The translations under genes were made by a program, and so were the position numbers. Positions 63,001 to 64,000 of a DNA stretch of 64,000 nucleotides are shown in pieces. Below the pieces are notes generated by a model. It saw nothing but the letters and a program-made list of their open reading frames with translations, ran no database searches and was not told the DNA's origin. This DNA is from Escherichia coli (lineage in GTDB: Bacteria; Pseudomonadota; Gammaproteobacteria; Enterobacterales; Enterobacteriaceae): assembly GCF_003991155.1 (NCBI RefSeq), contig NZ_CP031293.1, one strand, 5' to 3'. Every line of letters begins with the position of its first letter. Within the stretch, counting starts at the first letter, position 1.

Positions 63001-63506
63001 AAAACTCCTGAATGGCGCAAGTTAATCACACGCGGCCAAAGTTCGAAATAACGCTGCCCTGAAAGCCAGGCGTCAGGATAAAGCGCCATATAGTGTTTGA
63101 TACGCATCAGCGGCGCAAGAAGCGGTTGCTCGCCACCGCGATAACTGTCGATAAGCGCCGCCAGCTGCTGGCGTTCTGTGGAATCAATATGAGGGCGAAA
63201 ATAACCCTGAACGTGCATCAAAACATTGGTGTGGTCACGTCGGTTGGCGGGGTGAGAAAGCAAAACAACTACGCGTTGGCGGTACTGGTTGTAATAGTCA
63301 TCCAGATTTTGCCACTGGTGAATATCAGCCACGAACGGGCCAAGTTTGCGGTACTCGGGCTGGGAATGGGCCAGAAAGACGAGTTTATAGCGGCTGTGAT
63401 AATCGTTGAGTGCCCCGCGCGTTAGTCCTCGATCTTTGAGATTGTGTAACTCATGCAAAGCAAAAATGCGGATAAGGGTGCTGTCATCAAAAAGTTGTTG
63501 ATTCAT
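62997..63506 (-). CDS. ybgA: DUF1722 protein YbgA
   Basis: 169 aa, matching YbgA. Its stop overlaps the phr start. Confidence 0.92.
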   Translation of the reverse strand: MNQQLFDDSTLIRIFALHELHNLKDRGLTRGALNDYHSRYKLVFLAHSQPEYRKLGPFVADIHQWQNLDDYYNQYRQRVVVLLSHPANRRDHTNVLMHVQGYFRPHIDSTERQQLAALIDSYRGGEQPLLAPLMRIKHYMALYPDAWLSGQRYFELWPRVINLRHSGVL

Positions 63507-63553
63507 TACTGCTCCTGAACGGTTTACAGGAGTAAGTGTAGACGCCGAAAAAA

Positions 63554-63590
63554 GAAAACCGCCAGCGTTTCCACCGGCGGTTTTCTTTAA
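63554..63590. terminator. Bidirectional hairpin terminator downstream of ybfA
   Basis: gaaaaccgcc-agcgtttccacc-ggcggttttc flanked by aaaaaa and ttt runs. Confidence 0.7.
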
Positions 63591-63606
63591 ACGTCATGTT
63601 TGGCAA

Positions 63607-63813
63607 TCAGTAAAAATCACCGGTTGCCTTTTCGGCCTGATCCATCCACACCGGTTTATCGCTGGTTTTCGACCAGACGCGGTGCAGGTAGCTGTAAAAG
63701 CGGGCGCGGTCTTTCCAGAAAAGCATGAAAGGCAGCGCCAGAACGCCCGCTGCAACCGCATAAGTACGGCGTAAAAAGATAAGCCATGCAGGATATTCTC
63801 TGTAGAGTTCCAT
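63607..63813 (-). CDS. ybfA: Small membrane protein YbfA (DUF2517)
   Basis: 68 aa, [51 protein letters not shown], matching YbfA. Confidence 0.9.
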
Positions 63814-64000
63814 ACTTTTCTCCCCCTTTTGTATCTACCCGGTGAATGGCACCGGAAAAATGAATTTGTTTATCTGATGAAAATAGTACCGCCTTTTGTG
63901 TAATTTTACTACTCATCCGACCACTTATTTTTGTTTATTGATGGTTTATTTACATTCACTGTGTAATTAAGTTACACAAAAGTTAAATTAATACTAAACA

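Overview
This window is an Escherichia coli chromosomal segment covering the nadA to kdp-proximal region, in reverse orientation relative to K-12. It is clearly not K-12. The conserved backbone reads pnuC'(partial)-nadA, a seven-gene tRNA array (lysT-valT-lysW-valZ-lysY-lysZ-lysQ), cpoB-pal-tolB-tolA-tolR-tolQ-ybgC, ybgE-cydX-cydB-cydA, sucDCBA, sdhBADC, gltA, abrB, nei, pxpACB, ybgI, dtpD, phr, ybgA and ybfA. As I recall the K-12 map, three K-12 accessory loci are missing or replaced. (1) mngR-mngA-mngB between cydA and sucD is replaced by an island of about 23 kb (11988-35131). (2) The ybgOPQD fimbrial genes between gltA and abrB are replaced by an island of about 7.8 kb (46860-54665). (3) The RhsC element between ybfA and ybgA is absent. 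Island 1 carries, in order: an AT-rich pair of orphan genes with no domain I recognise; a Clostridium-type, B12-dependent methylaspartate pathway operon (glutamate mutase S-L-E, methylaspartate ammonia-lyase, a DUF1446/DUF4387-like pair, a DctA/GltP-type carrier, a third class I fumarase that is likely a mesaconase, and a cob(I)alamin adenosyltransferase); a LysR regulator; a hut-like operon (hutU, NCS1 permease, hutD, hutI, hutG) with no canonical hutH or hutC, ending in a signal-peptide-bearing histidine-ammonia-lyase-fold protein whose MIO-forming Ala-Ser-Gly triad is missing; and a stand-alone RtcB RNA-ligase paralogue. Read together, the hut-like and methylaspartate blocks look like one urocanate/histidine -> glutamate -> mesaconate -> citramalate fermentation module. 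Island 2 is a divergently regulated (GntR/FadR-type) operon encoding an RraA/HMG-CHA-type aldolase, a Zn-dependent alcohol dehydrogenase, an SDR, a split UxaA-type dehydratase and a TRAP transporter. I read it as an uncharacterised, non-phosphorylative sugar-acid pathway. I found no integrase, transposase, IS element, prophage gene or CRISPR array. All calls rest on reading the sequence and ORF translations and on remembered protein families; no searches were run.
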